Below are positions 18,169 to 28,230 of a stretch of DNA of 64,000 nucleotides, one piece after another (the stretch's first letter is position 1; every line of letters starts with the position of its first letter). This DNA is from an uncultured Rickettsiales bacterium (lineage in GTDB: Bacteria > Pseudomonadota > Alphaproteobacteria > Rickettsiales > CAYLHV01). The stretch spans positions 3,196-67,195 of the forward strand of contig CAYLHV010000006.1 of assembly GCA_964383745.1 (NCBI GenBank). The letters run 5' to 3'. The notes beneath the pieces were generated by a model that saw only the letters and a list, made by a program, of their open reading frames with translations, was not told the origin of the DNA and made no database searches. A program made the translations under genes and the position numbers.

Positions 18169-19260
18169 TCACCTTAATTTTAAAGTCATGAGACCCAGCA
18201 TGGCGAAAATTATGGCCAAAATCCAGAATCTTATGACAATTTTAGGCTCACTCCAACCAATTTTCTCAAAATGATGGTGAATTGGGGTCATTTTGAAAAT
18301 TCTTTTGCCACCAGTGAGTTTAAAATAATAAACCTGCATGATCACAGAAATTGTCTCCATCACAAAAACACCACCAATGATTGCAAAAACAATCTCATGT
18401 TTAGTCACAAGGCTGATTGTGGCAAGCCCTCCTCCAAAAGCAAGACTCCCAGTGTCTCCCATGAAAATTTGCGCTGGCGGCGCATTATACCACAAAAATC
18501 CAAGGCCAGCGCCAACCAAGCTTGCACAAAAAATCGCCAGCTCACCCGCATGCTCAATATAGTGAATTTGAAGATATTCTGCAAAGTGAAAATGACCACA
18601 AAGATAGGCGATTAAAGCAAGACAAACAGCGCAAATCATGATTGGAACAATGGCCAGACCATCAAGACCATCTGTCAAATTCACAGCATTTGAAGCGCCA
18701 ACAATCACGAAAATTGAAAAAACATAAAAAAACAGGCCAAAATCGATGAGCAAATCTTTAAAAAACGGCAATGCAAGCTTCATGCGCAAAGAAGGGTCAA
18801 AAGAAGATTGGATCATATAGCAAGCGACAAGGCAAATGACGGTTTGGAAAAAGAATTTCACTTTTCCTGACACACCCTTGCTGTTCCGCTTAACAATTTT
18901 GAGAAAATCATCAACAAAACCCAAAATCCCAAAGGAAATTGTCACTAAAAGCACTGAAATTAGATAAAAATTAGAAATGTCCGCCCAAAGCAGGCTTGAA
19001 AAAGTCACTGACGCAAGCAACACAACCCCACCCATGGTTGGCGTGCCTTTTTTACTCTCCAAATGACTCTCAGGGCCACATTCACGAATTGGTTGACCGC
19101 CTTTTTGGATTTTAATGAAAAATTTAATTGCAGGTGGGTAGAGCAAAAAACTGAAAATCAAACTTGTGAAGCAAGCGCCCATTGAACGAAATGTCACATA
19201 TTTAAACAAATTAAAAATGGCATGATCATCTGCCAGTGGGTAAAGCAAGTTATAAAGCAT
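18169..19260 (-). CDS. mraY: phospho-N-acetylmuramoyl-pentapeptide transferase
   Basis: The canonical MraY N-terminus MLYNLLYPL...FNLFKYVTFRS starts at ATG 19260. The ORF-track start at 19329 is an in-frame extension into murF. Motifs NAVNLTDGLDGLA and HHHFE are present. Confidence 0.95.
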   Translation of the reverse strand: MLYNLLYPLADDHAIFNLFKYVTFRSMGACFTSLIFSFLLYPPAIKFFIKIQKGGQPIRECGPESHLESKKGTPTMGGVVLLASVTFSSLLWADISNFYLISVLLVTISFGILGFVDDFLKIVKRNSKGVSGKVKFFFQTVICLVACYMIQSSFDPSLRMKLALPFFKDLLIDFGLFFYVFSIFVIVGASNAVNLTDGLDGLAIVPIMICAVCLALIAYLCGHFHFAEYLQIHYIEHAGELAIFCASLVGAGLGFLWYNAPPAQIFMGDTGSLAFGGGLATISLVTKHEIVFAIIGGVFVMETISVIMQVYYFKLTGGKRIFKMTPIHHHFEKIGWSEPKIVIRFWILAIIFAMLGLMTLKLR

Positions 19261-20659
19261 TTTCAATTCCTTCCTGAACGCTTGAATTTTTAAGCAAATG
19301 TTTAACCAAAGCGTGCATTTTAGTGCCATATGAACCTTTGATCATGATGATGTCGCCATTTTGCAATAAATGATCAATTTTGTCAATCAAATCATCAATT
19401 TTTTTGAAAGAAACTGCATTTGGAAAATTTTTGCTCGCCTCAAACATCAGCTCCCCAACAGAAAAAAAACTGCCTATGTTCGAATTTTTCACCGCAGACA
19501 CAATTTCTTGATGAAAAATTGCAGAATTTGCACCTAATTCTTTCATGTCACCTAAAATTGCAATCTTCCTTGCTTTGAGAGGGAGATTTGCCAAATTCGA
19601 AATTGCCGCAATCATTGATTTTGGGCTGGCATTATAGCTTTCATCAATCAAAAGCAAGTCTTTGTTATTAAAAGAAATTTTACGCATCTCACCACGGCCA
19701 GCTTTAGGAAAAATCCCTTCCAAAGCATTTTTTGCTTTTTGTAAATCTAATTGTAAAAAATGACATGTTGTGAGAGAAATTAACGCATTTGATGCATTAT
19801 GAACACCCAGAAAATTCACTTTAAGTTCCAGATGCATCTCATTGATTTTTAAGGAAATTTCAGTTTTAAAGTCTGCAGCATTTTTCACATCAATAACAGA
19901 AAAATGAGAATTTTTACCAAAAACAGCAATTTCTTTTGCATGGGATTTTACTTTTTTTATAAAAATTTCCTGAAATTCTTCTGGAAAAATTGCAATTGCA
20001 GCGCCGGAAAGAGCTTCAAAAATCTCAGCTTTAGCCTCCGCAATCTGGCTCACTGAGCTGAAAAACTCCAAATGAGCTTCCGCAATTGCCGTGATGATGG
20101 CAATTTCTGGTTTTAAAATTTGAGTTAAATGCGAAATTTCACCAGCTGCGCTCATTCCAAGCTCAAAAACGCCAAATTCGCAATCTCTGGGCATCAAACA
20201 AAGACTGATTGGCAGGCCCAAATGATTATTAAAATTATTAGGAGAAAAATGTGTTTTCCCAAATTTTGACAAAATGCCAGCCAGCATTTCTTTGCAGGTG
20301 GTTTTCCCAACACTTCCAGTGATTCCAATGATTTTAGCCTTTGTTTGCTTTCTCTTGAACTCTGCCATTTTTTCCAAAGCTTCAAACACATTTGGCACTA
20401 AAATGACCTGGGATGGAAAATTTTCCAGCTCTTTTGTGATTTTGCCGGCAATGACAAAAGAAGCTCCTTGCTTTAAAGCTAAATGGGCAAAATCATGACC
20501 ATCAGACTTCTCTCCTTGCAAAGCAAAAAAAAGATCATTTTTCTGAATTGACCTTGTGTCAATGGAAATTCCGCAAATTGGCAAATCCAGCAAATCAGCA
20601 GGTTTCGCAAGATTCAAAGCCTCAAAAATCTCACTAATTTGCCATAAATTCTCTGTCAT
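19250..20659 (-). CDS. murF: UDP-N-acetylmuramoyl-tripeptide--D-alanyl-D-alanine ligase
   Basis: 469 aa with Mur ligase P-loop GITGSVGKTT. Canonical murF-mraY order. Confidence 0.93.
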   Translation of the reverse strand: MTENLWQISEIFEALNLAKPADLLDLPICGISIDTRSIQKNDLFFALQGEKSDGHDFAHLALKQGASFVIAGKITKELENFPSQVILVPNVFEALEKMAEFKRKQTKAKIIGITGSVGKTTCKEMLAGILSKFGKTHFSPNNFNNHLGLPISLCLMPRDCEFGVFELGMSAAGEISHLTQILKPEIAIITAIAEAHLEFFSSVSQIAEAKAEIFEALSGAAIAIFPEEFQEIFIKKVKSHAKEIAVFGKNSHFSVIDVKNAADFKTEISLKINEMHLELKVNFLGVHNASNALISLTTCHFLQLDLQKAKNALEGIFPKAGRGEMRKISFNNKDLLLIDESYNASPKSMIAAISNLANLPLKARKIAILGDMKELGANSAIFHQEIVSAVKNSNIGSFFSVGELMFEASKNFPNAVSFKKIDDLIDKIDHLLQNGDIIMIKGSYGTKMHALVKHLLKNSSVQEGIENAL

Positions 20660-20677
20660 TTTTTCCCCATCAATAAT

Positions 20678-21700
20678 TTAAGAAATATGTTCACTCAGCA
20701 AATTTGTCACTTTCGCAAGAAGCTCGTCAATGTTATGATCTAATTTTTTAACTTCATATTTAGGAATTTTCTGCAAATTATTTTCTGAAATTTCCGGACA
20801 TTCCGCAGCAATTTCAAGCATTTCCTGCATTTTTCCATTGCAATGCAAAACAAGGTCACAACCAGCCTCAAATGAACGATTAACCCTTGACGCATAGGAG
20901 CCGGAAAGAGCTTCCATTGACAGATCATCTGTCATCAAAATTCCTTGAAATTCAAGCTCTTGCCGAATGATTTTCACAAGTTCTTTTGAGAAAGTCGCAG
21001 GCTGATTATCAATCTGAGAAAATTCTATGTGGGCTGTCATGCCAAAAAAAGGAATTTTCACTTGAGAAAGATTTTTAAAAACCGCAAAGTCAGTTTTCAT
21101 GAGCTCCGCAAAGCTTGTGTCCACAATTGGCAAGGCTTTGTGCGAATCAAGCAAAGCCCTTCCGTGACCAGGAATATGTTTAACAATTGGGGTGACGCCA
21201 TTTTCAGACATGCTTTCCATGACCCATTTGCAGCAATTTGTCACAATCTCAACTGACTCCCCATAGCTTCGGTTGCCAATGATGTCACTGGCGCCTTTAA
21301 CCAGCAAATCAGCCACAGGAGCGCAATTCACGTTAATTCCCAAATCGAGCAATTCTTTCGACATTGCAGCAAAATTCATGTGTAACGCTTGCTGCGCTGA
21401 ATCTGGAGATTTAATTGCGAGTTCTCCAAAATAGGACGCGGGATTATAGCGGTGAAATTCAGGCGCCACAAGCCTTGCAACTCTTCCCCCTTCTTGATCA
21501 ATGAGAATTTGCAAATGATCATGACTGACCAGAGATTTGAGCTTTTTAATTAAAGATTTAATTTGCGGTGCATTCACGCAATTTCTTGCAAAAAGAATGA
21601 AACCAATTGGGTTATGTTCTTTAAAAAACCTCTCTTCTTCCTCTGAAACTTCAGTTCCAGCACAGCCGAAAATCACTGACTTAATTTTTTTACTCATCAC
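20678..21700 (-). CDS. nagZ: beta-N-acetylhexosaminidase (GH3, peptidoglycan recycling)
   Basis: 340 aa with ILIDQEGGRV, KHIPGHG and MTDDLSM, typical of NagZ. Confidence 0.88.
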   Translation of the reverse strand: MMSKKIKSVIFGCAGTEVSEEEERFFKEHNPIGFILFARNCVNAPQIKSLIKKLKSLVSHDHLQILIDQEGGRVARLVAPEFHRYNPASYFGELAIKSPDSAQQALHMNFAAMSKELLDLGINVNCAPVADLLVKGASDIIGNRSYGESVEIVTNCCKWVMESMSENGVTPIVKHIPGHGRALLDSHKALPIVDTSFAELMKTDFAVFKNLSQVKIPFFGMTAHIEFSQIDNQPATFSKELVKIIRQELEFQGILMTDDLSMEALSGSYASRVNRSFEAGCDLVLHCNGKMQEMLEIAAECPEISENNLQKIPKYEVKKLDHNIDELLAKVTNLLSEHIS

Positions 21701-21718
21701 TTCCTAATTTCACTCCTT

Positions 21719-22390
21719 TTATTTAACAACAAAGCAACCTTGTTTTTTTTCAATCAATTTTTTGCAAATCAACCTAGCATTAGAAGCGCTGGCAATTGGG
21801 CCTGCTTGCAAAGCGTGATATTGCCCCTTTTTTCCAAGATCTTTCATTTTGACTTCAAAATCAAGGTTTTTTAGCAAATTCGAGTGTTTTTCCTGAATTT
21901 TGCTCCACATGTTAGTTGCTTCTTTTTCAGTTTTAAAGGCAGCAAGTTGAATTTTGAAACCATTTTCTATTTTTTTAGCAATTTTACTCTCAATTTTTAC
22001 TTCTTTTAAAGGAACAATTTTCTCCTCTTTCACCTCAATTTTTTTGACATCATTAACTTTCGTTTCTTCAACTGCAGCAAAAGCATTGATTGTCAAAGGT
22101 TCTTCCGGCAAAGGCAGCAAACGCTCTTTTTGCACAGGATTTTTGGTGGCAGAAATATTATCATAAACCCTCTTATCCATGTTTGGAACATGCATTCCAC
22201 CCGGGTCAGATGGTTTGATTTTATATGGCTCTTTGCTGGCTTTTACCAAAATCAACTCCTGTTTTTCATTAGAATTTTCACCATAATTTTGCAGAATGAC
22301 AAAAATGATGGATCCAATGGCCAAAATAATTAGAAGAATGATGGAGAAAAATTTAAAATTAAATGATTTTTGTTTGCTTTTCATCTTCAC
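21719..22390 (-). CDS. SPOR domain-containing protein
   Basis: N-terminal TM segment. The C-terminal ~75 aa (FKIQLAAFKTEKEATNMW...YHALQAGPIASASNARLICKKL) fits the SPOR pattern. The argS-SPOR-nagZ order is common in alphaproteobacteria. Confidence 0.8.
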   Translation of the reverse strand: MKMKSKQKSFNFKFFSIILLIILAIGSIIFVILQNYGENSNEKQELILVKASKEPYKIKPSDPGGMHVPNMDKRVYDNISATKNPVQKERLLPLPEEPLTINAFAAVEETKVNDVKKIEVKEEKIVPLKEVKIESKIAKKIENGFKIQLAAFKTEKEATNMWSKIQEKHSNLLKNLDFEVKMKDLGKKGQYHALQAGPIASASNARLICKKLIEKKQGCFVVK

Positions 22391-24135
22391 ATTTCCATTT
22401 TTGGTTCAATTTTTAAAATTTTAAAAGCATCTTGTAGAATGTTTAAAAAACAGCAAACTAGCGCAATTCTGGCTTTGCTAAGCTCGAAATCAGCCGTGAT
22501 GAAACGCAAATTTTCATCTTCTTTTCCGCAATTCCAAAAACCGTGAAATTCCGCAGCAAGTTCCATGATGAAAAACACAATTCTGTGGGGTTCCAAGGCT
22601 GTTGCAGCAAGTTCAATGCGGCGACCATAGGAACTTAAATTTCTGATCAAAGAAAGCTCTTTTTCATGTTTTAATTTAGAAAAATCAACATCTTGCCAAT
22701 GATTTTTCTGCAATTCTTCCGCATTAATTCCTTCTGTGGCGGCTTTTTTCAAAATCGAAGAACCGCGCGCAAATGCATATTGCACATAGAAAACAGGGTT
22801 ATCTTTTGACTGTTCTTTCACTTTTTCAATGTCAAAATCAAGCATCGCATCATTTTTTCTGGTGAGCATGATGAAACGAAGGACATCTTTTCCAACAATT
22901 TCAATCACATCTTCCGCGGTGATATAGGTGCCTTTTCTTTTTGACATTTTGAAAATTTCACCATTTTTCAGGAAGTTAACAATTTGTATGAATTGCACTT
23001 CAATTTCCGCCTTTCCGTCACTAATGGCCTTGATGGCTGATTGCAAGCGTTTTTTATATCCTGCATGGTCAGCGCCTAAAATTAGAACTTGCTTAAAAAA
23101 ACCTCTGTCTAATTTATTTTGCATATAGGCCAAATCTCCAGCAAAATAAGTCAAAGAACCGTCATTTTTCTTGATCACACGGTCAAGATCATCGCCAAAA
23201 AGCGTGGATTTGAAGATTAATTGCTCTTTTGGTTCAAAATCTTCCTCAGAATTTTTTCCACCTTTTGGTGGCTCAAGAATTCCTCTGTAAATCAAGTTCT
23301 TATCAGTCAACTTCTGAACAACTGCTTCAACCATTCCACTGTCGTGCAAATTTTTTTCTGAAGAAAAAACATCAAACTCAACCGCAAGATTTTTTAAATC
23401 ATTTTTAATGATTTTCATGATTTCTGACAAGACAAATTCACGAATGTTGGTGGGAGTTTCTTGATGTATTTTTTTTGCAATTTCAATGACATAGTCACCA
23501 GGATATAAACCTTCTTGTAAAGCTCCTGGTTCTTTATTTCCTGCAATTTCCGCAAGGCGCGCGGCAACAGAATTTAACAAAACATCAATCTGAACGCCTG
23601 CATCATTAATATAATATTCCCTTGTGATTTCATGACCGGTTTTTTCGAGCAAACTTGCTAAAGAATCACCATAGACCGCGCCCCGGCAATGGCCGACATG
23701 CATTGGGCCAGTTGGATTTGCCGAAACAAATTCCAAATTAATTTTTTTCCCAACACCAATGTCGCTTTTAGCAAATTCTTCATGAAAATTCAACATGTTG
23801 CGTAATTGTTCCTGCCAAAATTCATCCTTCATGAAAAGATTAATAAAACCCGGTCCGGCAATTTCAACTTTGCCAATTTGCGGAATTTTCTTGATTTTTT
23901 CTAACAAAATCTCAGCTAATTGACGTGGATTCATGTTCAGATTCTTTGCAAAAACCATGGCAGCATTGGTTGAAACATGGCCATGAGAGTCAATTTTTGG
24001 AGGCTCGGAGGAAATTTTTTCTAAGGTGTTTTCGTCTATATTTTCAGTAAAATTTTCTCTTAAAATTTCCGAAATTTGTGATTTAATTTTTTTAAAAATA
24101 TTCAATTGCATGGTTTTGTGATTCTCAGAATTCAT
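22387..24135 (-). CDS. argS: arginine--tRNA ligase
   Basis: 582 aa with a HIGH-type SANPTGPMHVGH and a KMSKS-type MSKRKG. Confidence 0.96.
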   Translation of the reverse strand: MNSENHKTMQLNIFKKIKSQISEILRENFTENIDENTLEKISSEPPKIDSHGHVSTNAAMVFAKNLNMNPRQLAEILLEKIKKIPQIGKVEIAGPGFINLFMKDEFWQEQLRNMLNFHEEFAKSDIGVGKKINLEFVSANPTGPMHVGHCRGAVYGDSLASLLEKTGHEITREYYINDAGVQIDVLLNSVAARLAEIAGNKEPGALQEGLYPGDYVIEIAKKIHQETPTNIREFVLSEIMKIIKNDLKNLAVEFDVFSSEKNLHDSGMVEAVVQKLTDKNLIYRGILEPPKGGKNSEEDFEPKEQLIFKSTLFGDDLDRVIKKNDGSLTYFAGDLAYMQNKLDRGFFKQVLILGADHAGYKKRLQSAIKAISDGKAEIEVQFIQIVNFLKNGEIFKMSKRKGTYITAEDVIEIVGKDVLRFIMLTRKNDAMLDFDIEKVKEQSKDNPVFYVQYAFARGSSILKKAATEGINAEELQKNHWQDVDFSKLKHEKELSLIRNLSSYGRRIELAATALEPHRIVFFIMELAAEFHGFWNCGKEDENLRFITADFELSKARIALVCCFLNILQDAFKILKIEPKMEM

Positions 24136-24186
24136 TTAAATAAAACAACATCATAAAGCCTTTAAATGGCAAAAACAAGCATAAAT

Positions 24187-24924
24187 TTAAGAGATTTTCT
24201 TCTTATTTTTCTTGAAATTTTGATAGGCCTCTGTGAGAATTTGAAATTTTTCTTCAATCAAATCAAGATATATCGGCGACAAATTCACCGCATTTGCAAG
24301 ATGATCAGGGTGGCAGTTTTTTACCAAATCATGGTATCTCTTTGTTATTTCAGACATTTCTTCAGTTTTCTTAACCTCAAAAATTTCAAAAATATCAGAA
24401 TCATCGGACCAGTTCATTTGCAAATTTTTTCTTAAAAGATGATCAAACTCAATCTCACTAATTTTAAAAATTTCAACAATCTTTTTTAAAAAACTCATCT
24501 CTTTTCTATTCATGTGACCATCACTCAAAGCAATTCTGATGAGTGCATCAATGGTTTGGACGAAAAGAAAGCGGTGGTTTTTGAAGGATTTCTTAATTTT
24601 TTCAGCATAAACTTCATGAGAAATTTTGTCTTTAGAAGCTGCGATAATGAGTTTTTCAATGCCTAAATTAAAATTTGCACTCAAAGGAAAATTCTTGACG
24701 ATGGATTTCAATTCTAAGTTGTTAATCTCTGAGTCAATTTCAGCCATTTTAGAGGAAAGAGCAATGAAAGAAAAAACATAACCCAATCTAGAATTCGGAT
24801 CTTTCTCTTCAGAAATTTCCTTGTTTTTCAATAAGATGCCCTCATTTTTCTTGGTGCTAAAAATTTTCAACACATTTTCTTTCAATTTTTTAATATAGTT
24901 ATTTGAATTATCACTTGAATTCAT
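24187..24924 (-). CDS. DjlA-like co-chaperone (TerB-like domain plus C-terminal J domain)
   Basis: C-terminal J domain with ITKRYHDLVKNCHPDHL (HPD motif). The central region (ALSDGHMNRKEMSFLKKIVEIF) is TerB-like. Confidence 0.7.
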   Translation of the reverse strand: MNSSDNSNNYIKKLKENVLKIFSTKKNEGILLKNKEISEEKDPNSRLGYVFSFIALSSKMAEIDSEINNLELKSIVKNFPLSANFNLGIEKLIIAASKDKISHEVYAEKIKKSFKNHRFLFVQTIDALIRIALSDGHMNRKEMSFLKKIVEIFKISEIEFDHLLRKNLQMNWSDDSDIFEIFEVKKTEEMSEITKRYHDLVKNCHPDHLANAVNLSPIYLDLIEEKFQILTEAYQNFKKNKKKIS

Positions 24925-24984
24925 TTTTAATTTTGCTATCCTTCAATTTTAATTTTCAAATTTAATTTTTCAAAAATTACGCCA

Positions 24985-25656
24985 ATGAACATCATTTCCA
25001 TGGACACATGTTTTGGCTATTTTTCTGTTTCGCTCATGCGAAGCAATGAAATTATAGCAGCATTTCAAGATTTTCAGAACTCAAAACAAGCTGAAAGGTT
25101 GATTTTGTCGCTCGAAAAGATTTTAACAGATGTGAATTTGTCATATGACGACTTTGACAATGTGGCAGTTTCAGTTGGGCCTGGCAGTTTTACGGGCGTC
25201 AGAATTGGCCTTGCTGCTGCAAAAATGATGAATTTGGTGAAAAAATTCCGCATCATCCCAATTTCAACTTTGGAAATTCTTGCTTTTTACTATTTTCAAG
25301 AAAACCCCGAAATCAGCAAAGTGACTTGCTTGATTAATGCTAAAAGAGGGCAGTTTTATGTGCAAAAATTTGAGAATTTACAGACATTTTTAGGGAAATC
25401 AGAAGTGAGAATCGTTAATTATGATGATTTAGTAATCGATGAAAGTGAAAATGTCGCTTTGCTTTCTAGTGATTCGATGGATGAGTTTTTAGAAAAATTA
25501 CCCCCTAATTTACATGTTTTTTCCAACATTCATGCAAAAGATTTAGCATTATTTGCTTTAAAATATCACCAAAACACAAATTTTAACGAAAATTCTATTA
25601 AACCTAATTATGTTAGGGAGGCTGATGCAAAAGTCAGCAGTAAAAACATTTTATGA
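24985..25656 (+). CDS. tsaB: tRNA t6A37 biosynthesis protein TsaB
   Basis: 223 aa with the YeaZ/TsaB signature VGPGSFTGVRIGLAAAK. Confidence 0.88.
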   Translation: MNIISMDTCFGYFSVSLMRSNEIIAAFQDFQNSKQAERLILSLEKILTDVNLSYDDFDNVAVSVGPGSFTGVRIGLAAAKMMNLVKKFRIIPISTLEILAFYYFQENPEISKVTCLINAKRGQFYVQKFENLQTFLGKSEVRIVNYDDLVIDESENVALLSSDSMDEFLEKLPPNLHVFSNIHAKDLALFALKYHQNTNFNENSIKPNYVREADAKVSSKNIL

Positions 25657-26729
25657 TTCGGAAAATCACTAACTTCCCCAGAAAAATCAAGCATTTAAAA
25701 ATTGAAAATGAAAAAGGTGATTGCTTTTTTGAAGCATTTTTTAAGGCAAAAGATGAAAAAATCTTTCAAGAAATCTTAAATCATGCATCTAAGCGAGTTA
25801 AGCCTTTGAAACATTTGGAAAAAATTGATTTTTCATCAGTAAAAAATTTAAATTTCCTTCAAAAGATTTGGAGATTGTTTTTTATTGAAATTTGGCATGT
25901 TGGAATCATTGAGCAAGAAATTTCTGATATATTGCAAAATGGCCTCAAAAAGCCAATTAAATGGCTTAAAAAAGCTCCGCCAATGCATTATTATGCTGAC
26001 CCATTCCATTTTTCTTGGCAAAATGATGATGTGGTTTTAATGGAAGAATATTCCTATTTTTCAAGGGGTTGTATTATCAATTTTAATGTAAAAACTGAAG
26101 AGGCCCAGAAAATTATCAACCTATCAAAACACATGTCATATCCACAGATTTTTGAGCATGAAAACAGGCTTTTTGTTATGCCAGAAACCGCGCAAAATGA
26201 TAATTTAATGCTTTTTGAGTTTGTCAATGGAAAATGGATTTTTGTTCATAATCTATTGGAAAATGTAAAACTTGTTGATGCAACAATTTTTATGAATCAA
26301 GGAAAATTCTGGCTTTTTGCAACTGATGGCAAGAATCCAAATAGTCACCTGAATTTATTTTTTTCCGATTCTCTTTTCGGCAATTGGTCGCCTCACCCGC
26401 TCAACCCCGTGAAAATCAATGTTTTTGGGGCAAGGCCAGCTGGTGCAATCATCATGCATGAAAATAAAATTTTGAGACCAGCTCAAGATTGTTCTTCAAC
26501 TTATGGTTTTAAAATTAGAGTCTATGAAATCACCAAACTTTCAACAGAAGAGTTTGAAGAGAGAGAAATTAACCTAATTGAAAGCAATGATGCAGAATTT
26601 TCAGAAGGGCTTCACACCTTGAATTCTTATGGAAAATCAACGATTCTCGATGCAAAAAAATTCGTTTTCGCACCTTTAGAATTTGCCAAATTCATTGCCC
26701 ATCGATTGAGCGAAATTCTTTTTCGATGA
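25653..26729 (+). CDS. hypothetical protein (possibly the beta-propeller family annotated as glucosamine inositolphosphorylceramide transferase-like)
   Basis: 358-aa ORF whose ATG overlaps the tsaB stop (ATGA). The pattern WHVGI...YYADPF...SYPQIF...MPE...FWLFAT...FGNWSPHPLNP...ARPAG...RPAQDCSSTYG recalls that family from memory only. The CDS call is firmer than the family call. Confidence 0.65.
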   Translation: MIRKITNFPRKIKHLKIENEKGDCFFEAFFKAKDEKIFQEILNHASKRVKPLKHLEKIDFSSVKNLNFLQKIWRLFFIEIWHVGIIEQEISDILQNGLKKPIKWLKKAPPMHYYADPFHFSWQNDDVVLMEEYSYFSRGCIINFNVKTEEAQKIINLSKHMSYPQIFEHENRLFVMPETAQNDNLMLFEFVNGKWIFVHNLLENVKLVDATIFMNQGKFWLFATDGKNPNSHLNLFFSDSLFGNWSPHPLNPVKINVFGARPAGAIIMHENKILRPAQDCSSTYGFKIRVYEITKLSTEEFEEREINLIESNDAEFSEGLHTLNSYGKSTILDAKKFVFAPLEFAKFIAHRLSEILFR

Positions 26730-28122
26730 ATTCATTTAAACTTTCTTTTTCCGCGCCCGCTAGCTTAGCTAGCTCGCATGCAATCAGATTTTTTGGCAAA
26801 GATTCAGAAATTCTTTTAAAATTCACTTCTTTGACAGATTTAAGCAAAATTCTGCTATGCTCACATTCAAAAATTTCTCCAATTTCTAGAACTGAGAGTT
26901 GAGCTCTATTAAACTTAAAGTGAGTGATGTTGCTCCAAACCGGCCCCAAAGAAGCTCCAAGCATTGCAATTCCACCAATGACAGCCCAGGCTGAACCAAG
27001 CAAAAATGACGTGACAGAAAGCGGGTCCAAATGGATTTTTTGTAGGAAAATCACTGGAATTGATAAAATGGACAAAATTAACGCAATTGTGGAAACAAGC
27101 ACAAGCCCCACAAGCCCCAACATGGCTCCAAGAAAAGCCCCGCCCAAAACTCCTTTCAAAGACACAATTGACTTGACCATGAGCGAAGATTCTTTACATT
27201 CGCGTTTTTTAAAAAATTTCTTCATCTCGCCAGTTGAATAGTCAATGGCTGTAAATCCGCATTTGAGGCCTGCTATGTTGATTAATTCATGATTAACAAT
27301 GTTTGTTCTAGCTCTTCCCTTAATTATCAAAGCTCTAACTATTGGTAGATTCGAATTATGCGCGGCATAAATCAATGGAGTGGAGCCTGATTCGTCTTGC
27401 ATATTAGTTTCTGCGCCAGTTTCTATTAAAAAACTCACAATATCAAAATCATTAGAGCTGACAGCATAGTGCAAGGGGGTCTTTTTTCTTTTGTCAGACA
27501 AATTAACATTCGCCCCATGCTCAATTAATTTTCTCACAATGTCCAAATTTCCTTGATAGGCGGCATAGATCAAAGCGGTGCAGCCAAAATCATCTTGCGA
27601 ATTAATGTTAAATTTACGTTCTTTAAGCAAAAATTCAACAGCGGCACCGCTCACGCCCATTGCAGCATAATGCAAAGCATTACGGTTGTTTTTGTCATCT
27701 TGAAAATCAACCGCAAAGCGTGATTGCATTTCACGCACCAAAGTGATTTTGCCTTTCATAAGATAGAGGCTTAAATAGGGAGGGGAAAGTTGATAAAACG
27801 CGTCTTGCAGCATTTCCACGCCATTTTCAGCAACATATTCGGTTAAATAGGACATGTTGAGATTTTCAATTTTGCTTAAATTGCCATCTTCAGAATCATC
27901 TTTTTCATTATATACAAAAAATTCTCGCAAAATTGATTCAATTTTTTTTTGCATGAATTCTTCAGCAGTCAAAAATTCATGCATTGCTTTTGATTCATTC
28001 AAAAATGAGTGACTTTGAGATTTGTTTGAAGAAAAAAATTGCTTCATAAGGTTTTTTACATTTGCTTTTCTGGTTTTATCAAAATTTTCTGCTTCCATTT
28101 TTAACCTCTTCCTGTGCAACAT
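26692..28122 (-). CDS. ankyrin repeat protein with C-proximal transmembrane segments
   Basis: 476 aa with about 4-5 ANK repeats (RNALHYAAMGVSGAAVEFLL, GCTALIYAAYQGNLDIVRKLIEHGANVN, KKTPLHYAVSSNDFDIVSFLIETGAETN, GSTPLIYAAHNSNLPIVRALI). Three hydrophobic stretches follow (GGAFLGAMLGLVGLVLVSTIALILSILSIPVIF; FLLGSAWAVIGGIAMLGASLG). Confidence 0.8.
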   Translation of the reverse strand: MLHRKRLKMEAENFDKTRKANVKNLMKQFFSSNKSQSHSFLNESKAMHEFLTAEEFMQKKIESILREFFVYNEKDDSEDGNLSKIENLNMSYLTEYVAENGVEMLQDAFYQLSPPYLSLYLMKGKITLVREMQSRFAVDFQDDKNNRNALHYAAMGVSGAAVEFLLKERKFNINSQDDFGCTALIYAAYQGNLDIVRKLIEHGANVNLSDKRKKTPLHYAVSSNDFDIVSFLIETGAETNMQDESGSTPLIYAAHNSNLPIVRALIIKGRARTNIVNHELINIAGLKCGFTAIDYSTGEMKKFFKKRECKESSLMVKSIVSLKGVLGGAFLGAMLGLVGLVLVSTIALILSILSIPVIFLQKIHLDPLSVTSFLLGSAWAVIGGIAMLGASLGPVWSNITHFKFNRAQLSVLEIGEIFECEHSRILLKSVKEVNFKRISESLPKNLIACELAKLAGAEKESLNEFIEKEFRSIDGQ

Positions 28123-28230
28123 TTCCTCAGTAAAAATGTGTCCTCTTAAGGAGATTATAACAAAAAAAGCAGCATGATGGAACAGAAATCTATTGTGCAG
28201 TGCAAAATTTTTTTCCTTCTTGAAAAAATG

